Positions 18,324 to 28,554 of a DNA stretch of 34,842 nucleotides are shown piece after piece. The notes below the pieces were generated by a model, which was not told the origin of the DNA, searched no databases, and was given only the letters and a program-made list of their open reading frames with translations. How positions within the stretch are numbered: the stretch's first letter is position 1; every line of letters begins with the position of its first letter. The DNA is taken from contig JAYUEN010000372.1 of the NCBI GenBank assembly GCA_043739185.1, positions 1-34,842 of the forward strand. The letters run 5' to 3'. The DNA is from Bdellovibrionales bacterium (GTDB taxonomy: Bacteria > Bdellovibrionota > Bdellovibrionia > Bdellovibrionales > JAMPXM01). The translations under genes were made by a program, and so were the position numbers.

Positions 18324-19161
18324 ATTTAATGAAGACAGCGTTAGGCGCACAAAGAGATATTAGTGCCACGCTCATTCCTGCTATTAAAAAGTTCACTTGA
18401 ACAGTCAAGATACTTAAGAAGTGAAAGAGCAAAATGAGAATAACCCAGACTTTCATATATCTTTGACTGAATAGTATAATCGGTGAACTCAGGTGAACAA
18501 TTACAAAGCTTAGGATGCCAAAATAAGACAGCAATTGATGCTTAACAAGTAAGTTCCCGAGCAGGCTCATTTTACCATGGGATAATAAATAAAAAGAAAT
18601 GATATTTGAGCCAAAATCCAACCTGAAGAGATTACCATCAAGGGTTCCGAGTGCTATCTTCCAGATGGCCGGCCAAAAGTAAAAGAGAGTTCCACTTAGT
18701 AGAGCACAGCCATAGCTCAGAACATATATGTACGAGAAGTTCTCTGGCTGCTCTTTGACAGGTGGTTCATTTTCAAGATTACCAGGAATAGAAAAGCATA
18801 TGAGGGCCCATATCATCGGCCAGTAGCTATGTCCGAATCGAATACAGGCGAAGGCAAGGCCAAAGGAGATTAGAAATACGATACAAGTTAGAATGCGAAT
18901 GCTTTGTAGGCGATAGAAAAGCAAAGATATCCAAGGCATTATAATATTGATTGGCAATAGAATATTGGCCCAATATTTTGGTGAATGCCACTTAAGAAAT
19001 TCTAATGCAATTGGAAGCTCTACATATTTAAACTCATATAGAGAAATGGCACTCAATTGATTGGTCAAATTGGTATAAGTAACGAAAGCTACAAGAAAGT
19101 AAAAGAGCTGAAGGTTTTGAGGAAAATTAGTTCGAAATTTTTTTATAGACAGTATCGACAA
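18304..19161 (-). CDS. HTTM-like polytopic membrane protein
   Basis: FGHS, YFWPAIWKI and LFHFL motifs with TM helices. Probable TTG start at 19161 after GAGGA (the ORF track extends to 19272, inside the neighbour). Confidence 0.6.
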   Translation of the reverse strand: MSILSIKKFRTNFPQNLQLFYFLVAFVTYTNLTNQLSAISLYEFKYVELPIALEFLKWHSPKYWANILLPINIIMPWISLLFYRLQSIRILTCIVFLISFGLAFACIRFGHSYWPMIWALICFSIPGNLENEPPVKEQPENFSYIYVLSYGCALLSGTLFYFWPAIWKIALGTLDGNLFRLDFGSNIISFYLLSHGKMSLLGNLLVKHQLLSYFGILSFVIVHLSSPIILFSQRYMKVWVILILLFHFLSILTVQVNFLIAGMSVALISLCAPNAVFIKFKSLDH

Positions 19162-19693
19162 GATGTTTTTCCTCGAGTAACTTTCCGTTGGTAAATCTTT
19201 CAATAGCATTCCATTTAATTTTATAGACACTATATTGAACGAAACTTTGGTCCTGAAATTTAAAAGTCTCAAATGTCATTTTTAATTCGTTATATCGTTT
19301 GAGGTCATTTGCTTCAATGCTTTTTGCCATCAGCTCTATTAATACACTCGGGCTAAATATGAGGCCTTCTCGGGTTGGGAGCAGTTCAAACAAATCAAGT
19401 GGCGGATTGAATGTTTGACTATCCATATTTGATATTCGTACTTGATATCCAATTGATTGACGAGGAAATCCTGCAAATAATTTGTAAGACCAAATTGGAT
19501 AGAGTCGATCCTCGTAAGGAAAAGAAACATATTTTAACGCAAAAAATGGCCCGAACGAAGTGGCTATAAAAATAATTAAGAGAAGAAACAGGCGAGTTTT
19601 GTCCCTACAAGAAAGCTTCTGAAATTTTGCAGTACAGGATTCTCGACACAACATAGGCCTCCGAAACTCAATTGAAGAAAGGTATTCTCTCAA
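19127..19693 (-). CDS. SdpA/DUF5819-like partner protein
   Basis: TM segment followed by YPIWSYKLFAGFP. Overlaps the start of the HTTM-like gene. Start codon uncertain. Confidence 0.55.
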   Translation of the reverse strand: MREYLSSIEFRRPMLCRESCTAKFQKLSCRDKTRLFLLLIIFIATSFGPFFALKYVSFPYEDRLYPIWSYKLFAGFPRQSIGYQVRISNMDSQTFNPPLDLFELLPTREGLIFSPSVLIELMAKSIEANDLKRYNELKMTFETFKFQDQSFVQYSVYKIKWNAIERFTNGKLLEEKHLVDTVYKKISN

Positions 19694-19992
19694 TCACTAT
19701 ATCTCGATTAACATAATTTGGTTAACCTCCATTTGATAAAGACTTAGGTCTAGAAGCCGCGGCGAGTAGGCATTATCTTTGCGTAGATTTAAGAGCTTTT
19801 TAAGACTCCAATTTTGAGAAGTGATAATAGTGAAGACACTAAAAACTCTGCTTTTTCTATCTCGGTGCCTGCTAAAAACATCTGGACTCATTCGAGAAGA
19901 CTGCCATACTTTGAAGTGTCGGGTACTTCGAAGTCAAGATACCTATTTTGAATTATAATTGAATTTAAAACCTCTCGAGAAGAGTCTGCTCT

Positions 19993-20562
19993 ATGTTTGA
20001 AAGTTATGAAGACTACTTTAATATAAATTTGCCAATGCCAGAGTTGGACATTCAAAGCTTGAACTGGGTGCAATACAACCCAAGAAAAAATGTCAATAGA
20101 TGGGGAGTCAGCCTAACTTCGCTGGATGGAGAAAGTAGTGGTATCCCTGACTTAGATAGCCTCTACGAGTATAATCGCATTAATAACACAAAGTATTGCG
20201 AGTCAGATTTCAATAAACCAACTCCAATATTTGCCAAGAGCTTCGGCTTTTTAAGTGAACATTTTGAATTGGGAAGATCACATATTATCAGACTTGGTGT
20301 AGGTGGGTTCTTTCCTTATCATAGAGACCTGGACCAAAATACTTTTCGACTTATCTATACTTTTTCTGGTTGCCAAGAAGCTAGTTTAGTTTGGATCCTC
20401 GACAATCAGATCATCAGGTTGAATAATCATCGGTGGTATTATATTAACACTAAAAAAGTACACTCGGTATTTTCATTTTTTGGATCTGAGTTTGCGGTTT
20501 TCAATGTGATCGCAAATGCGAAAACTGAAAAAGCAGTATTGACTCTGTTGAGCATTAAATAG
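19993..20562 (+). CDS. AspH-like 2OG-Fe(II) oxygenase
   Basis: RSHIIRLGVGGFFPYHRD...FRLI...NTKKVHSVF. Confidence 0.8.
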   Translation: MFESYEDYFNINLPMPELDIQSLNWVQYNPRKNVNRWGVSLTSLDGESSGIPDLDSLYEYNRINNTKYCESDFNKPTPIFAKSFGFLSEHFELGRSHIIRLGVGGFFPYHRDLDQNTFRLIYTFSGCQEASLVWILDNQIIRLNNHRWYYINTKKVHSVFSFFGSEFAVFNVIANAKTEKAVLTLLSIK

Positions 20563-20598
20563 GCCGTCAGATCGATTTAGGGAAAACTTGCTCTATTA

Positions 20599-21714
20599 TC
20601 AGTTCAAAAACCAGCCAACCTTATATTCGGGAGTCATAACATGCTGACCGCACTTTTGTTCGCATTCAGCAAAGCAAGTTTTCTCGTCTTGAAAGCCACT
20701 GAAAAGTCTTTGCCATAGAGGTTCAGAAACCACATCCTTGAAATCTCTCTTCAAGAGATTAAACTGATCTGAATACCTATTAAAAAATGAATCTTTAAAT
20801 TTTATCGTTCGACCCGACTTTATAGAGACCATTTGTGTATATGGAAAACTCACCCATGAACACGGGAATAACTGTCCTAGGACATTTATATAAAGGCCGC
20901 GATTTCCATTTTTACACAAAGGAAAGACCGGAGCCTGGGCGTATATCTTTTCATTTTCTTTAGTTGCGATAAGCATGGTTTCAATAAACTTGTTATTATC
21001 TATTGTTCGGTTCGATAGATGCTCCCATGAGCGCTCAAAGCGCAATGAATTTGAAATCGATTTTTCTGAAGGTTGCAGGGGATCAATGCCTTGGGTCTCT
21101 TTGAAGCGAGCATAATTTAAGCCGAACTTTGTGCTCTTTGTGATTTGAATTGAATCGCAGCCGCGCTCTCTTGCAAGGCTTTGAATGATGTCCATTTTGT
21201 TTTCATTGAAGCTAAATAAAATACAGGCCCAAACCATGAAGGCTTTGCTCTTTTGGATTTCGCTCATACCAATAGCGATGGACTCCCAGTCAGATCCTAT
21301 GCGATAGAGCTGGTTTGAGGCATCATCAAAGCCATCAATGCTAAATGCAACAGTATCGTATTCATTTAAAATATTTGCAGTCTTTGCCCACCATTCACGA
21401 GTGCGATATGAACCATTTGTGACTATATAGAGATGGATGCGCGGATTTACACTTTTGATATAATGCAAGATTTCGTGAAACTCCGTATTGTAAATAGGGT
21501 CGCCAACATCACCACAAATCGTTATTCGTTAAATGTGATCACGTAAGAGAAATTCTGGAAGGCTTCTCTTGATATCTTGAAGGCCAAGTTGTTTCGAGAG
21601 CCAGGGCGTTTCTGGATGTTCGGTGCGTGGGCAGCGCGGACACTTCAGTGCGCATTTACTCGATATTTCTAGGTGAATATGTTCAAAGTGAAGATCGTTT
21701 GGATTCCAGTTCAT
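20599..21714 (-). pseudogene. Radical SAM protein with C-terminal SPASM/twitch domain, interrupted by one in-frame TAA (21531-21529)
   Basis: ORFs 21529..21714 (CALKCPRC) and 20599..21468 (TNGS, FSIDG, C...FPCSW...CFAECEQKC) are in the same frame. Read-through gives DHI*RITICGDVGDPIY. Confidence 0.85.
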
Positions 21715-22535
21715 GTAGCAAGCCTCGTAGGCTGAATTTCTAGTTTAGATATTGAAATTTTGGAATCTTGATTGAGAGCCCAAAGCATGGTTTTTGCTAC
21801 ACTCTCGGCATCAAGAACTGAACTGAAAGAATCATAAAATGTCTTTGCCTCTTCAAGCTTTTTGGTGCGATTGAAGGCAAAATTGGTCTTTGTAATACTT
21901 GGGCAAATCTCTATTACTCTTAAATCCTGGTCTTTGTATTCGAGGCGTAAATTATCAAGAGCTGATCGCATCGCGGCTTTTGCGGCAGTATAGGCAAGGC
22001 ACGTTTTGGGTGGAGCATCAATATTCATTGAGGTAACGGCAAGAATAGTCTTTAAGCCGGACTCCAAAATTTGTGGTAACAATAAATGGATGAGCTCAAG
22101 GCTTCTAGTGAAATTGACTTGAAAAGTGGCCTCCCAAACTTCGAAAGAATTTTTCAGAAAATGAGTTCGTCCGCCTTCATCAGCCCCGGCACATAAAACC
22201 AGCGCATCTATTGAGGACGGCCTTTTCCATGTTTCCAATTGAGGAAGAACTGCGTTTTTGAGATCCAAATAAAAATGAGAGTGGCTCTCTCTATCCGTCA
22301 AAATATTGCTTCGACCAAGTGTGTGGACTTGAAAAAATTGTTCTTTCGCTAGATTCAAAAATGAATTGCCGATTCCACTTGAAGCGCCAGTCATCACTAA
22401 AGATTTTATGGTATGAGCTTGTTTCACTCGATCAAGGTATTTCTGTTCACAAGATTTAGTCAAGACACGAAGTCTTTTCTCAATCTTGGATTTTTTAAAC
22501 CATCTATCTGGATTGGTTTGATATTTCGATTTCAA
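21711..22535 (-). CDS. Short-chain dehydrogenase/reductase (SDR)
   Basis: TGASSGIG, CAG and YTAAK (YxxxK). True start may be GTG 22427. ATGA overlap with the downstream radical SAM gene. Confidence 0.9.
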   Translation of the reverse strand: MKSKYQTNPDRWFKKSKIEKRLRVLTKSCEQKYLDRVKQAHTIKSLVMTGASSGIGNSFLNLAKEQFFQVHTLGRSNILTDRESHSHFYLDLKNAVLPQLETWKRPSSIDALVLCAGADEGGRTHFLKNSFEVWEATFQVNFTRSLELIHLLLPQILESGLKTILAVTSMNIDAPPKTCLAYTAAKAAMRSALDNLRLEYKDQDLRVIEICPSITKTNFAFNRTKKLEEAKTFYDSFSSVLDAESVAKTMLWALNQDSKISISKLEIQPTRLAT

Positions 22536-22912
22536 ACACTTTATTTGTTGGCGCTACAGGTCAATTTTTCATACGCTTTTGGGCCTACATTCTGTTTTTG
22601 TTTCTTTGTATTTCCACGTGTATTTCTCACTAAGTCAGGAGTCGCATCCAATCTAAGAGAGCTAACTGAGAGACCAAAAATGCGATTGGACATTTTAAAG
22701 AGATTTTGTATTGATCCAGCAGCCGGCAAACACACGACTCAAAACAATGCCAAGAGAACATAAGGAAAGCTTAAGCCTAAGATAAATTTTCGCCTTGAAA
22801 AAAAAGCTTTCAATACAAATATTGAGCTCTCATTTCATAATAACTCAATTTTTTTTGTTGAATGGGTCTGGTCGAAATAGGAATATCGGTCATATTTAGT
22901 CTTTTATGTCGA

Positions 22913-22941
22913 TTGATAATACTGGAATAGTCTTTTACAAT
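22913..22941 (+). promoter_or_regulatory. Sigma70-type promoter, probably giving a leaderless mRNA
   Basis: TTGATA(22913-22918)-17 nt-TACAAT(22936-22941). ATG begins at 22948, 6 nt later, with no SD. Confidence 0.55.
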
Positions 22942-22947
22942 GTCAAT

Positions 22948-24135
22948 ATGAAGTCAAAAACCCTATGTGTCCTGCCTTGGTCGCATGTGTTTATATCAAG
23001 TTCGGGTTGGATTTATCCATGTTGCGTGAGTCAAGACTCATACGACCCAATTCGAAGCGAAAAGGGCGTAAAATTGCTCGCTGAAAGCCCAAATGATCTT
23101 TTGGCAGCCTGGAGCTCTACGCAAATGAAGAATCTGCGATTGAAAATGACTGAAGGCCAATGGCCAAGTTCATGCAAGAGCTGTAAAATGCAGGAGGCTG
23201 CGGGCCAGACAAGCTATCGACAATCCATGAATTCTAAAAATAAAGAAGTCTATGAAGCTTTGATTATTGAGAAGGAGAATGTAAATCCCGTATTTTTACC
23301 TATTAGTTTGGCCTTGAGATGGTCAAACCATTGTATTTTGAGCTGTCGTATGTGTTCCCCTTGGTCGAGTAAATCTTTGCAAAGAGAGTGGGAATCCTTT
23401 TTCAAAGAGAAGCTAAATAAGAACGATAGTTTCATATCAGAAGAAGTGGTGGCGTTCATATTGAAGCACTCTTCTCAAATTCAACATTTGCGGTTTGCGG
23501 GCGGGGAGCCCTTTCTCACCGAAAAGCTTCAAAAATTTCTATTGGACCTGATCGTATTAAATGAATCAGAGCATATTGGACTTAGCTTCAATACCAATCT
23601 GACCTTGTTTCCTGAAAAACTGATCAGACTTTTTTCTGAATTTCGTGAAGTCGAAGTGAGTGTAAGTTTGGATGGCTACGGCGATCTCAATGATTACATC
23701 CGATATCCTTTGCGTCGGCATCAGATCGTTAAGAATTTGAAAATGCTAAAGGCGCTCTCTGAAGAAGTTAAATCTATTGAGATACGAGTTCAAACAACTG
23801 CTCAGATATATAATATTATGAAGCTGGATGATCTCATTCAATTTTTAGAAACTGAGTTTGAGATTATCCCTCAGCTGAATATGCTTTCAAGTCCGAGTCA
23901 TCTAAGCATTCAGGCATTGCCTAGCGAGTTCAAATCACTTGTCCAGGCTGAGCTTGTGCGATTGGAGAGAAGATATACAAATAATAGAGATATTTCAGCC
24001 CATAAGGCATTGCTCTTTGAGCGCGATGAAAGCGCAAAGTTTGACAAGTTTAAGGCTTGGACAAAACATCTCGATCAGTCTAGGCGACAAAATGTTTTAC
24101 AGCATTTACCATTTTTGAAAGATGCGTTTCTATGA
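22948..24135 (+). CDS. Radical SAM protein with N-terminal twitch/SPASM-like domain
   Basis: LCVLPW...YPCC...CKSC, CILSCRMC, AGGEP, NTNL, SLDG, YIRYP. Start inferred from paralogue alignment and promoter (the track gives 22906). Confidence 0.88.
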   Translation: MKSKTLCVLPWSHVFISSSGWIYPCCVSQDSYDPIRSEKGVKLLAESPNDLLAAWSSTQMKNLRLKMTEGQWPSSCKSCKMQEAAGQTSYRQSMNSKNKEVYEALIIEKENVNPVFLPISLALRWSNHCILSCRMCSPWSSKSLQREWESFFKEKLNKNDSFISEEVVAFILKHSSQIQHLRFAGGEPFLTEKLQKFLLDLIVLNESEHIGLSFNTNLTLFPEKLIRLFSEFREVEVSVSLDGYGDLNDYIRYPLRRHQIVKNLKMLKALSEEVKSIEIRVQTTAQIYNIMKLDDLIQFLETEFEIIPQLNMLSSPSHLSIQALPSEFKSLVQAELVRLERRYTNNRDISAHKALLFERDESAKFDKFKAWTKHLDQSRRQNVLQHLPFLKDAFL

Positions 24136-25391
24136 ATGGTTTTCGCTGTATATTGCCTTGGATACATATCGCAACTCAGGTTTCCGGAGCTACTCGGCCC
24201 TGTTGCATCACAGGTTTTTCAAATAATACGACGCTCAAGACCTCCACGGATGATTCAAAATCTACGCTTCAGCCCGTCTCGAATCTGAAGCATCATAGTC
24301 TTGATGAAATTCTCAACTCGCAGACAGCACGGGAGCTGCGTGAAGAAATGAATCGCGGTTTGGTGCCGAAGCTCTGTCAGATCTGCAAATTCAATGAAGA
24401 AGAATTTGGGGAATCTAAAAGACTTCAAGAAAATAGAAAGTGGCAGAGTGACGTCGCACAGCTGCCAATGGCTCCCAAGCTTAAATATGTCGATTTGCGA
24501 TTTGGCAATACTTGCAATCTTAAGTGTGTCATGTGCTCAGCAAAGGAGAGTTCTTCTTGGAGTGCTGACTATATAGGTCTAGCTGCTAAAGTAGAATCTC
24601 CTAGGTTAAAAAGTTATTTGCATGCACTACACCATGAAGACGCCAAGCCATTTGGAGAATCAAACTGGTATGATATTGAGTCTCCTTTTTGGACTGACTT
24701 CTTTGCAAGACTTCAAGACATTCAAGAGATCTATTTTGCTGGTGGTGAGCCACTCATTCAGAAAGAACATCAATGGTGTCTTAAGCAAATCATCATGAGG
24801 GGTTTTGCTGGTCAGATCAGATTGCGATATAATACGAATTTGAGCTATTTAAATGAGGCGCATTTTGAAATGTGGAGCCACTTTCAAAAAGTCGACATCT
24901 CGGTTAGTCTAGATTCGATAGAGAGAAAAAATGAATTTATTCGCTATCCAAGTCGCTGGACAATTTTAGAAAAAAACCTACAGCAACTTGATCAGTCCAA
25001 TAAAAACATTAATTTCAGTTTTTCATTTACGGTGCAGGCCCTGAACATCTTAGCTGTGACCCAATTTATTGAATGGAAGCGTAAGCAAAACTTTAAGAAA
25101 TCAAAGGATGATCCGACTCTGTCAAATATTTCGTTTAACCTACTTCATACACCGCACTTTTTGAATGCACGAATTCTACCGGCCCCAATAAAAACTTTAG
25201 CGCGAGACCGCCTGTTTAAAATCTCTGAAGTAGAAAGGGATCGCCGGCTTTCTGATCTTGCAATTCATATGGATAAAGAGGATTGGGGTATATACTGGCC
25301 CGAATTTAAGGAATACATTCGAAATCTTTCAGACCTTCGAAAGCAAGACTTTGTCGCAATTTTTCCGGAGTTTGTGGAGTACTTCGTTTGA
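24132..25391 (+). CDS. Radical SAM protein with N-terminal twitch/SPASM-like domain
   Basis: CILPW...RPCC...CQIC, CNLKCVMC, AGGEP, YNTN, FIRYP. Confidence 0.9.
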   Translation: MNGFRCILPWIHIATQVSGATRPCCITGFSNNTTLKTSTDDSKSTLQPVSNLKHHSLDEILNSQTARELREEMNRGLVPKLCQICKFNEEEFGESKRLQENRKWQSDVAQLPMAPKLKYVDLRFGNTCNLKCVMCSAKESSSWSADYIGLAAKVESPRLKSYLHALHHEDAKPFGESNWYDIESPFWTDFFARLQDIQEIYFAGGEPLIQKEHQWCLKQIIMRGFAGQIRLRYNTNLSYLNEAHFEMWSHFQKVDISVSLDSIERKNEFIRYPSRWTILEKNLQQLDQSNKNINFSFSFTVQALNILAVTQFIEWKRKQNFKKSKDDPTLSNISFNLLHTPHFLNARILPAPIKTLARDRLFKISEVERDRRLSDLAIHMDKEDWGIYWPEFKEYIRNLSDLRKQDFVAIFPEFVEYFV

Positions 25392-26971
25392 GAACTGAAC
25401 TATTACCAATATCAAGTCAATGCGCCTTCTCTCAAACTTGTCATTTCTGCAGTAGATTGGGGTATCGATCAAAACAAAATATTTCTGATCGAGAAGTTGA
25501 AGAAAAACAAACTAAATTGGCCAGTTCAATATCCAAAACTGTGGCGTTGCCATGCAGTTCGATCGAGCACCAAAGCTATGATAGTTTGATTGGCAAATTT
25601 GAAGCCGGTCAAATTCAGAGCCAACATATTTTTTACAGTGATTATTGGTTTGCTTTGCCTGAGTCTAAGCAACAGAAATTGAAATTGAAACCTATTGCAA
25701 TCTTTTTCACTTCTGTAGATGCGCTAGCAAAAGCGCATTTGCCAAAGCAAGTAAAGAAGTACTTTCTTGTTCTGAAATCAAGCTGGAATTTGAATGATTG
25801 GCAAAAGCTAGCTAGAGAGATTCGCAACGACACTAAGATGTTTTTTGTTCCAAATACTGTAGAGACTGATGACTACTTTAGCGCGGTTGAGATCTATGCC
25901 ATATGTCAAGGGATTTTCAAATTGTCTGGTGATACACAATTTGAAACGCCTTTTGGACATGATTTGTTGGATAGGCGAAATCAAGGACACTTAAATTGGA
26001 TTTTTGAAGACCGGCCAATATGGATTAATCGAAAAGCTGCGGTTCCTAAAATTAGTATTATAATTCCAACTTATAATCGAAAAGATTTATTGTTCAAAGT
26101 ATTGAATAGTCTGAATGGGCAAAGTCTCAGCATTCATGATTTTGAAGTCATTGTTCTAGATGATGGCGGCACCGACAGATTGGGGCCTGAGTTGAAATTG
26201 AAAGCTGAAAGTCTGTATCGATTTGATCTCAGCTACTTTTATGTTCGACGCGAGATTGGACTTCAGGGATTTTATATCGGAAATCGAGCTGGTCCAATTC
26301 GCAATATGGGTGCGAAATGGGCGAGGGCCGATCTGTTTTTGTTTTTGGATTCAGATATTTTAATTGCAAACGACTATCTTGATAAACTTTTAGTTGTTCA
26401 CCGCGATGCTGAAGTTGTCAGTCCTAGAAGATTTTATCTCAGCAAGGACTCAAGTGTACAGGCGAATGGTCAAGACATTCTGTTTCAAGAGTCAGATAGA
26501 ATGCGTTCGCAGTGGCAAGAGTATTTGACTCATTTTTATGAAACCGGCGATTGGGAATCCGAGGGAACTCCGTGGAAGTTTTTTATGACCTTTTGCTTGT
26601 CGGTGTCACGAAAGGTTTTTGTCGAGGCCGGCGGATTTCGCACAAATTATATTTCCTATGGTTACGAAGATTTAGATTTTGGATATCGAGCCGTCAAATT
26701 GAAACCTCGCCTTAAGTTGCTAAAAACATCTGTATATCATTTATATCACTTTGAAGATTCGAGTTCTGAGTATGGTATCGATCATGACTTTAAATTTTTT
26801 CAATTAACACTTTCTTCGAGAATGTTTATATTTCAAAATGTGCCTTGGAGAATTAGTTATTTGAAATCGATGGCTACATTAAAAACAAATAAGCAGAAAT
26901 TGTATTATTTTGGATTTAAAATACTTTGGGAGATGAGATTGCTTTGGAAGGCTTGGTCCGAGGTTTTGTGA
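25388..26971 (+). CDS. GT2 glycosyltransferase with N-terminal degenerate radical-SAM-like domain
   Basis: ISIIIPTYN, DDGGTD, FLDSD, YGYEDLD. N-terminal CAFSQTCHFC. Confidence 0.85.
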   Translation: MRTELLPISSQCAFSQTCHFCSRLGYRSKQNISDREVEEKQTKLASSISKTVALPCSSIEHQSYDSLIGKFEAGQIQSQHIFYSDYWFALPESKQQKLKLKPIAIFFTSVDALAKAHLPKQVKKYFLVLKSSWNLNDWQKLAREIRNDTKMFFVPNTVETDDYFSAVEIYAICQGIFKLSGDTQFETPFGHDLLDRRNQGHLNWIFEDRPIWINRKAAVPKISIIIPTYNRKDLLFKVLNSLNGQSLSIHDFEVIVLDDGGTDRLGPELKLKAESLYRFDLSYFYVRREIGLQGFYIGNRAGPIRNMGAKWARADLFLFLDSDILIANDYLDKLLVVHRDAEVVSPRRFYLSKDSSVQANGQDILFQESDRMRSQWQEYLTHFYETGDWESEGTPWKFFMTFCLSVSRKVFVEAGGFRTNYISYGYEDLDFGYRAVKLKPRLKLLKTSVYHLYHFEDSSSEYGIDHDFKFFQLTLSSRMFIFQNVPWRISYLKSMATLKTNKQKLYYFGFKILWEMRLLWKAWSEVL

Positions 26972-27082
26972 TGGCGTGTAGTATAAGTGTCTGCCATCGG
27001 GCTCTAATTAAATGATTACTTATCTTTCGTCAATTTCTCATGAAAGATATTCAATACTAGAACTGATGCATGAAAATTCATT

Positions 27083-28315
27083 TTAGATTTGGTCAATTGC
27101 CGTCAGCTCGGGAAAGACATTAGTGAAATCCTCTTGTCTCGAAACGTCCAGCGCTTTAGTTTTAGATAAAAAATCAGGCATTAAGTGAGAGAGATCTTGT
27201 TGCATTAAAAAATTTATGATCGACTCGTATCTAGATCGAACTATATTAAACTCAGTCGATGAAGCCGTCCCTTTCGCCCAAGCTAAAAAATCATTAATTT
27301 TCAAGAGAACTTTTTCTTTTTCTTGTCTCGTTAGGATTTGAATTCGAAAGTGAGTCGGATAAAAGAGCAGATTCGGCACAAACTCAACTATAGGAATAAG
27401 CCCCTGCTCGGTCCACTCCTTATGAAAATCGGTAATATGATAGATATTGAATACGCTGAGGGTCACGATGATGGTGAAATGAACTTCCGGCGCTTCTCGC
27501 ATCAAGCGTTTTCGATTTTCTAGTATTTGGGTCCACTGCTGGCCTTTTCGAATGTACTCTCCGCGCTCATGGGTGGCGTCGAGACTCGCCCAAACGTGTA
27601 TGCTTTCAAATTTCTTCCAATATTCTAAAGCATCATAATTTTTAAATTTTAAAACAGAAAGGTTTGTACTGTAGGAAATTTTAGTTTTAAACATTTTCTT
27701 TTCAACGAGCTTGTCGAGTAACTGCCAATGTTCGTCCATAATCAAGGGCTCACCACCTGCAAAATACACCCACTCCAGCTCTTCAAAATGCGACTCGAGT
27801 TGGTGCCACAATTTATTGACCTGATTTATTATTTTTTTTACCGGTGGGCCCAAATTCGGATCAAGCTTTTTGGTTTCCTCATACCAGGCGCTGCTGTTTA
27901 GAAATCCACAGGTGCGGCATTTATAATTGCATAGGTTAGAAAAGCGAAAATCCCAAAAGGCCAAAAAAAATTCGGCCTTGCCGTCGGCATCAGTTTCGTT
28001 AATTTTAGCGAAATGTTTACTGAAGTTGTTGTTAATAAATCGACGATGAGAATTGCCGCCTGCATCCTCAATTTCAAAACATTTTTTACAGCCAGCGGGC
28101 CGGGCGCCACTTATCATTTCTTTCCGAAGATCTCTCATTTCTTTCTGATTGAAAACTTCTTTCAAATCTTTCTTGTCAAGGTGAGCTAATGGTTGGTTTG
28201 AGTCCGTAAAGCAGCAGGGAAACACCTCGCCTTGTGTGCTAATGTGAAGGTGCGTCCAAGGGCTCATGCACAAGCTTGGGTGAGTCTTCACGTCATTTGG
28301 ATTTGAAATCTTCAT
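27083..28315 (-). CDS. Radical SAM protein with N-terminal twitch/SPASM-like domain
   Basis: CMSPW...FPCC...CKKC, CNYKCRTC, AGGEP, YSTN, EYIRKG. Confidence 0.9.
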   Translation of the reverse strand: MKISNPNDVKTHPSLCMSPWTHLHISTQGEVFPCCFTDSNQPLAHLDKKDLKEVFNQKEMRDLRKEMISGARPAGCKKCFEIEDAGGNSHRRFINNNFSKHFAKINETDADGKAEFFLAFWDFRFSNLCNYKCRTCGFLNSSAWYEETKKLDPNLGPPVKKIINQVNKLWHQLESHFEELEWVYFAGGEPLIMDEHWQLLDKLVEKKMFKTKISYSTNLSVLKFKNYDALEYWKKFESIHVWASLDATHERGEYIRKGQQWTQILENRKRLMREAPEVHFTIIVTLSVFNIYHITDFHKEWTEQGLIPIVEFVPNLLFYPTHFRIQILTRQEKEKVLLKINDFLAWAKGTASSTEFNIVRSRYESIINFLMQQDLSHLMPDFLSKTKALDVSRQEDFTNVFPELTAIDQI

Positions 28316-28554
28316 AGATAATCTTCATCAGTAGAATTACGAATTTTCAGAATAGACAAAATGTACCTCGCACCTGTCAACTCGTCAAGTTTACGAGCTT
28401 CTTATAATAGAGCTTGAGTTTTGTGGGCGTCCTAAGGATAATTCTTAACGGCAGCCTCTATATAGAGTCGTTTCCGTGACCCGACCGATTGAATTTTGAA
28501 TGAGAGCTGGGCGCATGTTTGAAAGCTTCGCTTTAAATTTCGAAAGACTCACAA

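Noticed and set aside
19697..20073. Short ORFs 19697..19891 and 19888..20073 as precursor peptides
   Set aside because: No RBS, leader or core-like composition. They lie in a divergent promoter region or antisense to the oxygenase.
21529..22741. Stop-codon recoding (selenocysteine or alternative genetic code) at TAA 21529 and TGA 22739
   Set aside because: Only two cases with different codons. All three stops terminate genes normally elsewhere, and no SECIS-like evidence was seen.
22413..22763. Plus-strand 116-aa ORF
   Set aside because: Antisense to the SDR region, Phe-rich shadow composition, no motifs.
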